Shown here: positions 55,985 through 64,000 of the stretch, one piece after another
How the letters are laid out: every line of letters starts with the position of its first letter
Numbering within the stretch: position 1 is the stretch's first letter
NCBI GenBank assembly: GCA_001786955.1
Contig: MFUM01000009.1
Location: 552 to 64,551, forward strand
Direction: 5' to 3'
DNA from: Candidatus Nomurabacteria bacterium RIFCSPHIGHO2_12_FULL_42_19
Lineage (GTDB): Bacteria > Patescibacteriota > Minisyncoccia > Phycocordibacterales > UBA9973
Length of the DNA stretch: 64,000 nucleotides
Made by a program: the position numbers and the translations under genes
Notes under the pieces: generated by a model
What the model saw: only the letters and a program-made list of their open reading frames with translations
The model's database searches: none
Told to the model about the DNA's origin: nothing

Positions 55985-56110
55985 TTATTTATTAATTTGT
56001 TTATACAGCCAGATACCGAGCAGAATCAGGTCTATTATCACTATCCAAGCAACGACAGAACCAAATCCCCCGCCCATCATCCCGCTATACCCATATCCAT
56101 ATCCCATCAT
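55985..56110 (-). CDS. Possible 41-aa Gly/Tyr-rich membrane peptide (MMGYGYGYSGMMGGGFGSVVAWIVIIDLILLGIWLYKQINK)
   Basis: An unannotated ORF shorter than 60 aa, in the same orientation as the flanking operon genes, with a single TM helix. Confidence 0.2.
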   Translation of the reverse strand: MMGYGYGYSGMMGGGFGSVVAWIVIIDLILLGIWLYKQINK

Positions 56111-56158
56111 ACAGAGATTATATCATATTATTTGTAATAAATCGACCTCCAAGAAATA

Positions 56159-56362
56159 CTACTGGTTTTTATTATCAATACCGAATGCGGTATGAAGCCA
56201 GCACCAGCCCAAAAAGCTTTCAATAAGGGCAATCAAGGCCACAATAAAGATAAGCATATTATAAGCGCTGTTGTCGAATTGCGGGGCAAGCGGACTGAGC
56301 CAGACTATTCCCAGAACAAACCTAAATATTCTGTCTAATTTTCCCAAGTTGTGATTTGTCAT
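56159..56362 (-). CDS. DUF2892 (YgaP-like) small membrane protein
   Basis: LGKLDRIFRFVLG motif with two TM helices. Confidence 0.5.
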   Translation of the reverse strand: MTNHNLGKLDRIFRFVLGIVWLSPLAPQFDNSAYNMLIFIVALIALIESFLGWCWLHTAFGIDNKNQ

Positions 56363-56407
56363 AAAATTCTAAAATTAATAACAATTTTCGACCTTTTGTA
56401 TTTTAAC

Positions 56408-56791
56408 CTATTTTGCGTTATCAATAATATTCCGAATAATTTGGTCAATCTCTTTCGGCCTCTCTCCAAAATTGGCTTGCGGGAAAAAATGAGGGAGAAT
56501 AATCGGGCGCATGCCGGAAATGAAAGTTTGACCGTCTTTGACATACACATTTATCTTGCAGGGCAGACAAAGCCCGATTTTAATGTCAATGTTCAAAAAT
56601 TCATCGGCAAATTTCGCGCTGCAAAATTCAACTATCTTAAAAGGTTCTCTGACAAAACCTTTCTCACCCAAGGTTTTTTGTACATCATGAACATACAAAA
56701 CCCGCATACCAGCTTTAGCGATTTCATCTTGCACATCTTGAACTGCTTCATCAAAAGTTTTTGTTGTAATTAGAGTATAATCAAATTCCAT
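56408..56791 (-). CDS. DUF302-domain protein
   Basis: 127 aa with the DUF302 pattern. These are frequently encoded in copper/heavy-metal operons. Confidence 0.6.
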   Translation of the reverse strand: MEFDYTLITTKTFDEAVQDVQDEIAKAGMRVLYVHDVQKTLGEKGFVREPFKIVEFCSAKFADEFLNIDIKIGLCLPCKINVYVKDGQTFISGMRPIILPHFFPQANFGERPKEIDQIIRNIIDNAK

Positions 56792-56809
56792 ATGTTTATT
56801 TTATTAATT

Positions 56810-59137
56810 TTATAATTTCTTACTTTTAATACGCAAAGAATTCCCGACCACCGATACACTGGACATTGCCATGGCAAATCCTGCAAAGACCGGTGAAAGA
56901 AGCCAGCCGAATATTGGATAAAATAATCCGGCTGCCAAAGGGATACCTACTATATTATATATGAAAGCCCAGAAAAGATTTTGCTTGATTCCCCGCATTG
57001 TTATTTTTGAAAGTTTTATCGCTTTTACAAGTTTTGAAATATCTCCGCCGAGAAGCGTAATGCCGGCTGACTCAATGGCCACATCGGTTCCCGTGCCCAT
57101 GGCAATACCCACGTCGGCCTGCGCCAGAGCCGGAGCATCATTCACGCCATCGCCAGCCATAGCGACAATATGTCCTTTTTCTTGTAATTCTTTAATCTTC
57201 AGCAGCTTGTCCGCCGGCAGGACATGAGCGACAATATCGTCAATGCCGACCAGCGACGCCATATATTTTGCCGCTTTTTTGTCGTCTCCGGTAAGCATAA
57301 TTATTTTGATACCGAGCTTATGAAGGTCGAGAACAGCTTGTTTTGATTCAGTTTTTATTTCATCTGCCACCATTACAAAACCGAGAACTTTTTCTTTAGT
57401 TGCAAGAATAATCGGGGTTTTACCCTGCGCCGTATATTGTTCCAATTTTAAATTATCAAAAGGAAGCTTTAAGTCTTCTATAAGTTTTGCATTTCCGGCA
57501 AAATATTCTTTCCCATCTATTGTTCCTTTTATGCCTTTTCCTTGTATACTCTCAAAATTAAAAACATTTTTTAGTGGAATATTTTTTCTTGCCCCGGAGG
57601 AAGTACCCTTTCCTTCGGGGTCTTGCGCATAATTGACAATCGCATGGGCAATCGGATGTTCTGATTTTTTCTCAAGCGACGCAAGGATTGATATGATTTC
57701 TTCGTTTTTAGTGTTGATAGAAAGACTAACAAGGTCAACGAGAGTCGGCTTGCCGATAGTAATCGTCCCGGTTTTATCAACAATAACTGTATCGACTTTA
57801 TGAAGCTTCTCAAGCGTCGCCGCGTCTTTAATTAAAATACCTTCTCTGGCGCCTTTGCCGACCCCCACAATGATTGCCGTGGGTGTCGCTAAGCCCAATG
57901 CGCAGGGACAAGCAATAACGAGCACTCCCACAAAAGAGACAAGACCGTATGATAATGCCTGCGAAAATCCGAGCGGGCCGGTTCCAAAAAGAAGCCAGGC
58001 GCCAAGAGCAATGAACGAGACAATAAGCACGATTGGCACAAAGATGCTTGATATTTTATCGGCCAGGGCCTGAATCGGCGCTTTGCTACCCTGGGCCTCC
58101 TCCACCATTTTTATTATATGCGCGAGCAGTGTTTCTGAGCCGACTTTTGTTGCCTTGAATGTGAACGACCCGGTTGTGTTTATGGTAGCGGCAACCACAT
58201 TATCTCCGACTTTTTTTTGAGCCGGCATCGGTTCTCCGGTAACCATTGATTCGTCAATAAACGAGCCTCCTTCGGTAATTACTCCATCAACAGGAATTTT
58301 TGCTCCCGGTTTTACGATAATCAAATCACCGTGTTTTACCTCATTTACGGGTATTTCCATTTCTTTTCCGTTTTGAATGACTAAGGCGGTTTTCGCCTGG
58401 AGATTCAAAAGTTTTTCTATGGCATCACCGGTTTTTAATTTTGATTTGGCTTCCAAATATTTACCAAGCGCAATAAAGGTAATAACGATAATCGTTACAT
58501 CATAATAAGTTGCATCAACATTTATGAATTGTCTGAGCGGTTCTTCAAATGCGGCAACTGCAAAACTGTACAGATATGCGGTCAATGTGCCGATACCGAT
58601 AAGTGTATCCATATTCGCTTTGCCGTAACGGAGAAAACGGTAAAAACCGAGAAGATACGGTTTGCCCACGACAAAAAGAATATATGTGGCCATTAAAGGC
58701 AGAAGATGGTGGAAAAATTCCTTAATCACATAGCTCATTGCGGGAACCATATTGTATTGCGCCAAAATGTCCCAGCCTAAAATTAAGGCGCTGATTATCG
58801 CAAGCGGGATTGCAGAGATGACTTTTATTTTCATATCTTTGATTTCCGCCAGCTTTTCAGCTTTGGATTGATTAAATCCGAGATGCGCTGCATGTTCGTC
58901 AGCGGACATATTCATAGATTCTGCGGTTGGAATTATTAAAGAGTAGCCAAGCGGTTCTATTTTTTTAGAAAGGGCTTCCGGGTTGGTTTTTGATTCGTTA
59001 AAAGATATTTTCGCCATTTCTGTCCCATAATTTACCTCAACAGAATCAACGCCGTCAATTTTCTTTATATCTTTTTCAATGATAGCGGCACATGAGGCGC
59101 AGTGCATTCCTTTAATTTTATATGTTTCTTTTTTCAT
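56810..59137 (-). CDS. copA: Copper-translocating P1B-type ATPase
   Basis: N-terminal HMA ([12 protein letters not shown]), CPC in TM6 ([11 protein letters not shown]), DKTGTIT, HP motif, and GDGVNDAP. Confidence 0.9.
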   Translation of the reverse strand: MKKETYKIKGMHCASCAAIIEKDIKKIDGVDSVEVNYGTEMAKISFNESKTNPEALSKKIEPLGYSLIIPTAESMNMSADEHAAHLGFNQSKAEKLAEIKDMKIKVISAIPLAIISALILGWDILAQYNMVPAMSYVIKEFFHHLLPLMATYILFVVGKPYLLGFYRFLRYGKANMDTLIGIGTLTAYLYSFAVAAFEEPLRQFINVDATYYDVTIIVITFIALGKYLEAKSKLKTGDAIEKLLNLQAKTALVIQNGKEMEIPVNEVKHGDLIIVKPGAKIPVDGVITEGGSFIDESMVTGEPMPAQKKVGDNVVAATINTTGSFTFKATKVGSETLLAHIIKMVEEAQGSKAPIQALADKISSIFVPIVLIVSFIALGAWLLFGTGPLGFSQALSYGLVSFVGVLVIACPCALGLATPTAIIVGVGKGAREGILIKDAATLEKLHKVDTVIVDKTGTITIGKPTLVDLVSLSINTKNEEIISILASLEKKSEHPIAHAIVNYAQDPEGKGTSSGARKNIPLKNVFNFESIQGKGIKGTIDGKEYFAGNAKLIEDLKLPFDNLKLEQYTAQGKTPIILATKEKVLGFVMVADEIKTESKQAVLDLHKLGIKIIMLTGDDKKAAKYMASLVGIDDIVAHVLPADKLLKIKELQEKGHIVAMAGDGVNDAPALAQADVGIAMGTGTDVAIESAGITLLGGDISKLVKAIKLSKITMRGIKQNLFWAFIYNIVGIPLAAGLFYPIFGWLLSPVFAGFAMAMSSVSVVGNSLRIKSKKL

Positions 59138-59156
59138 AATTTTTACCCCCTCCTCG

Positions 59157-59220
59157 CCTCCCCCAAAGGGAGAGGTCTTGAATTCTTTCCCTCTCCTTTG
59201 AGGAGGGTCAGGGAGGGGTT
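59157..59220. repeat. Family-2 GC-rich double-hairpin element copy F, in the csoR-copA intergenic region
   Basis: cctcccc-caaa-gggagagg, then a spacer, then ccctctcc-ttt-gaggaggg, then tca-gggagggg. The architecture is the same as the lepA copy. Confidence 0.7.
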
Positions 59221-59483
59221 TATTTTCTCTTTAGCTTGTAAACTTTCAATATTTCTTTTGTTGCTTCTCCGGTCCGGCCTTTTTGGATTTGATTGACCAG
59301 GCAAGTCCCCAAATGGCTTGCCATAAGTTCATCTTCAATATTAGAAAGCCCCTGCTTCACAGCTGAAGTCTGGGTAATAATATCAATGCAATATACTCCT
59401 TCATTTATCATTTTCTGCAGGCCGCGAACCTGACCTTCAATAATCTTAAGCCGGCGGACCAGTTTTGATTTATTATCATGCAT
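59220..59483 (-). CDS. csoR: CsoR/RcnR-family metal-sensing repressor (copper-sensitive operon repressor)
   Basis: 87 aa with the DUF156 pattern and the Cys/His ligands YCIDII...SHLGTC. Confidence 0.8.
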   Translation of the reverse strand: MHDNKSKLVRRLKIIEGQVRGLQKMINEGVYCIDIITQTSAVKQGLSNIEDELMASHLGTCLVNQIQKGRTGEATKEILKVYKLKRK

Positions 59484-59492
59484 ATTCAGAGT

Positions 59493-59513
59493 ATATACCC
59501 CCTGGGGGTATAT
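59493..59513. promoter_or_regulatory. Putative CsoR operator
   Basis: Perfect 21-bp palindrome atatacccccTgggggtatat centred 20 nt upstream of the csoR ATG. It matches the known CsoR operator architecture (GC-run pseudo-palindrome TACCC-N-GGGTA). Confidence 0.6.
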
Positions 59514-59555
59514 GTCAAGACAGATGCTTGTTGAAAACTAAAAAAAGGTTTTTAA

Positions 59556-59619
59556 GGGGTTTTGAGCGCGGCGGCGCGAAAACTTCAGGATTTTTTAAAC
59601 TTCAAAAAATCCGTACCGG
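59556..59619 (+). repeat. Copy 2 of the roughly 64-nt conserved structured element, inside a 15-17-bp inverted-repeat shell (59530-59546 / 59629-59645)
   Basis: GGGGTTTTGAG-cgcggcggcgc-GAAAACTTCAGGATTTTTTAAacttcAAAAAATCCGTACCGG. Outer inverted repeat is gttgaaaactaaaaa / tttttagttttcaac. Confidence 0.7.
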
Positions 59620-59648
59620 CAAAAATCTTGTTTTTAGTTTTCAACTTA

Positions 59649-60875
59649 TTAGATTACCCCCATTTCTCTGCCCACCTCGGACAAAATTTTAAGCGCCTGG
59701 TCAATCTGTTCGCGGGTATGCGCAGCGGAAATTTGGAAACGCAATCGCGCGGTGCCTTCCGGCACGACCGGAAACCACAACCCCACTACAAAAAGTCCAT
59801 TCGCCAAAAGTTTTTTGCTCATTTCCTGCGTCTTGGCGGCATCCCCCAGCATTACCGGCACGATTGGATGAATGCCGTCCAATACTTCAAAACCCAATTT
59901 TTTCGCCCCATTTCTGAAATATTCCGAGTTTTCTTTTACCTTAATTAAAAGCTCCGGCTTTTCTTTTAATAAATCCAAAGCCCTGATGGAAGCCATAACC
60001 ACCGATGGCGGCACGGAATTCGAAAAAAGATAAGTGCGGGATTTCTGGCGGAGCAATTCTATGATTTCTTTTTTGCCGGCAATGTATCCGCCGACCGCCC
60101 CGCCCAGCGCCTTGCCAAAAGTTCCGGAAAGAACGTCAATCTTCCCGTGCAGGCCGAAATGCTCCGGCGTGCCGGCGCCGCTCTTGCCCAAAACTCCGAT
60201 GGCGTGCGCATCATCCACGAATAAAAGCGCTTCGTATTTTTCCGCCAGTTCTTTCAGTTTCGGCAATTGTGCCAGATATCCTTCCATGGAAAAAACTCCG
60301 TCCGACACGATAATTTTAAAACGATATCCTTTGCCTTGGTCTTCCACAAGCATTTTCTCTAGGGCGACCAAGTCTCCGTGCGAATAAATTCTTTTAACCA
60401 TATTTTCCTTTTTACAAAGTTTAAAAGCGTCAATGATGCTGGCATGGTTAAGTTCGTCGCTGTAAATAGCATCCATATGCTCCCCTTCTGCCCCAAAAGC
60501 TTCATTGGTAAGAGTCGCGAAAAAACCCAGATTCGCCATAAAATTGGTGGAATATAAGATGCTGTCATTCACTTCCAGAAATTCGGCTAATTTTTTTTCC
60601 AAAGTTTTATGGATAGTTTCCGTGCCGGAAATAAAGCGCACCGATGACAAGCCGAAGCCATATTTATCTATCGCGTCTTTGCCGGCTTTTGTAATTTCCG
60701 GATGATTCGCCAATCCCAGATAATTATTTGCGGCGAACATCAAGACCTTCTTGCCGGCAATTTCCACTTCCGCTCCCTGAGTTCCCTCCAGTTCTCTTTC
60801 CATCTTGAATTTCCCGGCTTTTTTCAACGTCTCCAGTTCTTTTTCTATATCTTCCGCAAGTTTCTTAGAATACAT
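59649..60875 (-). CDS. kbl: 2-amino-3-ketobutyrate CoA ligase (glycine C-acetyltransferase)
   Basis: PLP-dependent aminotransferase class II. The pattern GxxFSMEG resembles the PLP-lysine region, and the N-terminus is Kbl/BioF-like. Confidence 0.8.
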   Translation of the reverse strand: MYSKKLAEDIEKELETLKKAGKFKMERELEGTQGAEVEIAGKKVLMFAANNYLGLANHPEITKAGKDAIDKYGFGLSSVRFISGTETIHKTLEKKLAEFLEVNDSILYSTNFMANLGFFATLTNEAFGAEGEHMDAIYSDELNHASIIDAFKLCKKENMVKRIYSHGDLVALEKMLVEDQGKGYRFKIIVSDGVFSMEGYLAQLPKLKELAEKYEALLFVDDAHAIGVLGKSGAGTPEHFGLHGKIDVLSGTFGKALGGAVGGYIAGKKEIIELLRQKSRTYLFSNSVPPSVVMASIRALDLLKEKPELLIKVKENSEYFRNGAKKLGFEVLDGIHPIVPVMLGDAAKTQEMSKKLLANGLFVVGLWFPVVPEGTARLRFQISAAHTREQIDQALKILSEVGREMGVI

Positions 60876-60888
60876 ATTCTTGATTATA

Positions 60889-61875
60889 TCATTTTAATTT
60901 ATCTTTTAAATTTTTCAGCATTTCCGCAGTCATTTTTTCCAGATTAAATTCGGGCTTCCAGCCCCAGTCTGCGCGGGCCGCGCTGTCATCAATGCTTTTC
61001 GGCCAGGAATCGGCAATCTTTTGGCGGAGATCCGGCATATAGTTTATTTCAAAAGAAGGAATATGTTTTTTGATTTCTTCGGCAATTTCCCGCGGCGAGA
61101 AACTCATGGCGGACAAATTATACGCCATGCGGGATTGCACTTTCTCAACCGGAACCTCCATTATTTCTATCGTGGCGCGGATTGCATCATCCATATACAT
61201 CATCGGGAGATAAGTATTCTCTGAAAGAAAACATGTATATTTTCCCTGTTTCAATGCTTCGTAATATATTTCCACGGCATAGTCGGTAGTGCCCCCTCCC
61301 GGTTCGCTCTTCCAGCTGATAAGCCCCGGATAACGCACGCTACGGACATCAAGACCAAAGCGCCTATTGTAATATTGGCACAATAATTCTCCGGTATATT
61401 TCGTAATTCCATACATAGTAGTCGGTTCAATAATTGTTTTTTGCGGAGTATTTTCTCTGGGAGCTGTCACGCCAAAGACGGCGATAGAACTCGGCCAGAA
61501 TAATTTAATTTTTTCATCCACGCTCAAGTCAAGAATTTGCCGCAGGCTTCCCATATTAAGTTCCCAGGCAAGTTTTGGATTTTTCTCGCCGGTTGCCGAC
61601 AGCAACGCCGCTAGCAAATAGATTGTTGTTATTTTTTTCCCGACGCTTTCGGTCGGGACCCCGACCCCAGAGGGCGTCGGGGCTTTCACTAGAGCACGAA
61701 CAGCCTCCGCATCCATTGCATCTAATATCGCAAAAGGGCCGGTACCTAAGAGTAGCGGATGTTCTTCTTTAATGTCGGTGGCCAAAACATTCTCATTGCC
61801 GTATTTTTTCCGCAACGCCAAAGTTAGCTCTACCCCTATTTGCCCGCATGCTCCGATGACTAAAATCTTTTCCAT
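60889..61875 (-). CDS. tdh: L-threonine 3-dehydrogenase (NAD-dependent epimerase/dehydratase-type), carrying an in-frame repeat insertion
   Basis: Rossmann motif ILVIGACGQIG and catalytic YxxxK (YGITKYTGE). It is adjacent to kbl. The 16-aa segment APTPSGVGVPTESVGK between LVK and KITTIYLLAALLSA is absent from homologs. Confidence 0.8.
   Translation of the reverse strand: MEKILVIGACGQIGVELTLALRKKYGNENVLATDIKEEHPLLLGTGPFAILDAMDAEAVRALVKAPTPSGVGVPTESVGKKITTIYLLAALLSATGEKNPKLAWELNMGSLRQILDLSVDEKIKLFWPSSIAVFGVTAPRENTPQKTIIEPTTMYGITKYTGELLCQYYNRRFGLDVRSVRYPGLISWKSEPGGGTTDYAVEIYYEALKQGKYTCFLSENTYLPMMYMDDAIRATIEIMEVPVEKVQSRMAYNLSAMSFSPREIAEEIKKHIPSFEINYMPDLRQKIADSWPKSIDDSAARADWGWKPEFNLEKMTAEMLKNLKDKLK
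61638..61682. repeat. Family-1 double-hairpin element copy D, inside the tdh CDS in frame
   Basis: tcccgac-gctttcg-gtcggga followed by ccccgac-cccagagggc-gtcgggg. The reverse complement translates as PTPSGVGVPTESVG in the tdh frame. Confidence 0.75.
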
Positions 61876-61891
61876 AATTTTATATTATACA

Positions 61892-62470
61892 TCATTTGGT
61901 CATAACCAAAGAAAACTCATCCGAAGCTTCTTCCAGAACTTGAAAACCGAGAGCTGAAGCAAGTTTAAAGCTGCCAGGATTGCCTCTTTTAACGGCAATC
62001 CAAAGCTTGATTTCGGAACCGGTATTCTTGACGTTTTGCGTATAAATATTCATCACAAAATCGGTAAAATTTTTCATAAGCCCTTTGCCCCGGAAAGGGT
62101 TGTAGGACCGCCATGCGGCGGTGTGCCAATTTGCTTTATTTGAAAGTAGGGGTTCCGGCCCGAACCAGGCTATCGCGGCCAAAATATCGGTCTGCTTGTG
62201 AACAAGAGCAAACGGTGTGCGGTTTTTTTTATACCAATCTTCATATAATCCCTCGCCGAAACGCTTCTTGTCTCCGGTATTTTTTTGCAAATCAACATCT
62301 TTTTTGTCCAGAGAAAGCTGTTTCAGTTGCTCCGCGTATTTTTTATCCAATCCGATGAAAACGCCGAATTCTTCGCCGTCTCTCCCGATAGCGTCGGCAA
62401 TATGAATAGAATTATAAATAGGTAATGGCAGGGAGAAACCAGGTATGTTGTTTTGAGGGGTGATTTTCAT
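61892..62470 (-). CDS. GNAT-family N-acetyltransferase
   Basis: C-terminal motif WIAVKRGNPGSFKLASALGF resembles the acetyl-CoA binding motif A region. Confidence 0.5.
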   Translation of the reverse strand: MKITPQNNIPGFSLPLPIYNSIHIADAIGRDGEEFGVFIGLDKKYAEQLKQLSLDKKDVDLQKNTGDKKRFGEGLYEDWYKKNRTPFALVHKQTDILAAIAWFGPEPLLSNKANWHTAAWRSYNPFRGKGLMKNFTDFVMNIYTQNVKNTGSEIKLWIAVKRGNPGSFKLASALGFQVLEEASDEFSLVMTK

Positions 62471-62532
62471 TTGATTTGATTTTATGATTTGATTTTACGA
62501 AAGATGCCGCGCAACCGTCCATTTTAGCGTGG

Positions 62533-64000
62533 CTACTCTACTGTTACGCTCTTGGCTAGATTGCGGGGCTTGTCTATCCCGCACCCGCGCAAAGACGCAA
62601 TATGGTAAGCCAATAATTGCAGCGGAATGGAAGCGGTAAACGCCAGCATTATATCGGAAGTTTCCGGGATTTCTATGGAGTAATCGGCGATTTTTTTGGC
62701 ACGAGTATCGCCTTTGGTAATTATAGCGATAATTGTCCCGTTGCGCGCCTTGACTTCCATCATATTGCTGATTATCTTCTCATAAGAAGAGCCCTTGTTG
62801 GCGATAAAAAGAACCGGCATATTGTCATCCACCAGGGCTATCGGGCCATGTTTCATTTCTCCGGAAGCGTAGCCTTCCGCATGAATATAAGAAATTTCTT
62901 TTAATTTTAGCGCCCCTTCCAAAGCCAGTGGAAAACCGTATCCCCGCCCCAGATAAATAAAATTTTCCGTATTCTTGAATTTTTTCGCAACTTTTTTTAT
63001 AGCGGCTTCCGCCAAAAATGCCTGCTCGACTTTCTTGGGAATATTTTCCAATTCCGTCAGGATTGCAATCATCTTTTTCTTGTTCAATAATTTTTTCTCG
63101 GACGCGATAAAGAGGCACATCAGCATCAGCACGGCAATTTGCGCGGTAAAAGCCTTGGTGGAAGCCACTCCGATTTCCGGACCCGCATGAGTATACAAGC
63201 CGGCATGCGCAATACGGGAAATAGATGAGCCGACAACATTACAGATGCCAAAAATCGTCGCGCCTTTTTCTTTGGCCAGTTTTACGGCCGCCAAGGTATC
63301 AGCTGTTTCGCCCGACTGCGAAATGGCAATAACCAGGTCATTTTCATAAATTACCGGATTGCGATAACGGAATTCCGAAGCATATTCCACCACCGTCGGC
63401 ACTTTGGTTAATTCTTCAAAAAAATACTTCGCTTCAAGGCCAGCGTGGAATGATGTCCCGCAGGCGAGAATTATTATGCGTTTGGCGTCAAGCAGTTTTT
63501 CTTTGTCCTTTTCTATGCCACCCAATTTGACCGTCCCTTCGTTCGCATTAATCCTCCCGCGCATGCTGTCCCCAATGGAGCGGGGCTGTTCAAAAATTTC
63601 CTTGAGCATAAAGTGTGGAAAACCGCCTTTTTCCAGCTCCTCAATTTTCATCTTCGTTTTCTGGATGTAAGGATTTCTGGTTTCATTATCTATGGTTTTT
63701 ATTACAAGCGCTCCGCCTTTAATCATTGCCATCTCCCTGTCTTCCAGATAAATAACTTTATCGGTATATTCAATAATCGGAGTCGCGTCCGAAGCGACAA
63801 AAAATTCATTGTCTCCCACGCCGATGACGGCCGGACTTCCTATTTTTGCCACGACGATAGTATCGGGCTCATCTTTGGATAAAACTAAAATCGCGTAAGC
63901 GCCCACCACTTCCAGCAATGCCAGACGCACCGCTTCGTCAATGGAGACTTTAGCGTTTTTTTTTATATCTTCAATCAAATTCGCCAGAACTTCCGTGTCG
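62533..64000 (-). CDS. glmS: Glutamine--fructose-6-phosphate aminotransferase (isomerising), 5'-partial (N-terminus lies beyond the window)
   Basis: Two SIS domains and the C-terminal KPRNLAKSVTVE. The frame stays open to the window edge. Confidence 0.85.
   Translation of the reverse strand, partial: DTEVLANLIEDIKKNAKVSIDEAVRLALLEVVGAYAILVLSKDEPDTIVVAKIGSPAVIGVGDNEFFVASDATPIIEYTDKVIYLEDREMAMIKGGALVIKTIDNETRNPYIQKTKMKIEELEKGGFPHFMLKEIFEQPRSIGDSMRGRINANEGTVKLGGIEKDKEKLLDAKRIIILACGTSFHAGLEAKYFFEELTKVPTVVEYASEFRYRNPVIYENDLVIAISQSGETADTLAAVKLAKEKGATIFGICNVVGSSISRIAHAGLYTHAGPEIGVASTKAFTAQIAVLMLMCLFIASEKKLLNKKKMIAILTELENIPKKVEQAFLAEAAIKKVAKKFKNTENFIYLGRGYGFPLALEGALKLKEISYIHAEGYASGEMKHGPIALVDDNMPVLFIANKGSSYEKIISNMMEVKARNGTIIAIITKGDTRAKKIADYSIEIPETSDIMLAFTASIPLQLLAYHIASLRGCGIDKPRNLAKSVTVE

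Noticed and set aside
59562-59948. 128-aa plus-strand ORF
   Set aside because: It overlaps the structured repeat copy 2 and the 3' end of kbl on the opposite strand, and it has no motif.
1-64000. rRNA genes, prophage, integrase/transposase genes, toxin-antitoxin or classical defense systems (RM, Abi, CBASS)
   Set aside because: No ORF with recombinase, large ATPase/nuclease, methyltransferase-endonuclease pairing or rRNA-like conserved blocks was seen. The mobile-looking elements here are small non-autonomous repeats and GIY-YIG cassettes only.

Overview
This window reads as a small-genome, Candidate Phyla Radiation (Parcubacteria-like) bacterium (inference from the sequence). GC is about 40-45 percent. 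Genes are tightly packed, mostly short, single-domain housekeeping genes, with six dispersed tRNAs, no rRNA and no CRISPR array.

Recognisable content:
- a fragment of the cell-division (dcw) cluster (ftsL-like, rsmH, mraZ on the minus strand), with ftsA-ftsZ further on
- aminoacyl-tRNA synthetases lysS, valS and leuS
- greA, rpsU, ybeY, trxB, tsaD, lepA, ychF, murJ, an msbA-like ABC exporter, ppsA, eno, pyrD, gdhA and a kbl-tdh pair
- a sortase with two large LPXTG-like surface proteins (ice-binding-like plus DUF11 repeats)
- a roughly 10-gene minus-strand copper/thiol cluster (csoR-copA-DUF302-DUF2892-DUF1573-ccdA-HMA/DsbD_2 plus Cys-rich unknowns)

The most unusual signals are in the repeat architecture:
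- Two families of GC-rich double-hairpin palindromic elements sit in intergenic regions and are also inserted in frame inside conserved genes. One copy lies in L-threonine dehydrogenase and one in LepA, much like Rickettsia palindromic elements (RPE).
- LeuRS carries a complete Nudix-hydrolase domain embedded in its editing (CP1) region.
- Two small YhbQ-like GIY-YIG nuclease genes are each bracketed by repeats. One sits next to tRNA-Phe with the tRNA 5' end triplicated.
- An orphan Cas2-like gene is flanked by two 40-nt palindromic direct repeats.
- A roughly 64-nt structured element with compensatory covariation occurs twice, each copy inside an A/T-rich inverted-repeat shell.

All calls are from reading the sequence and the ORF translations; no database search was run.
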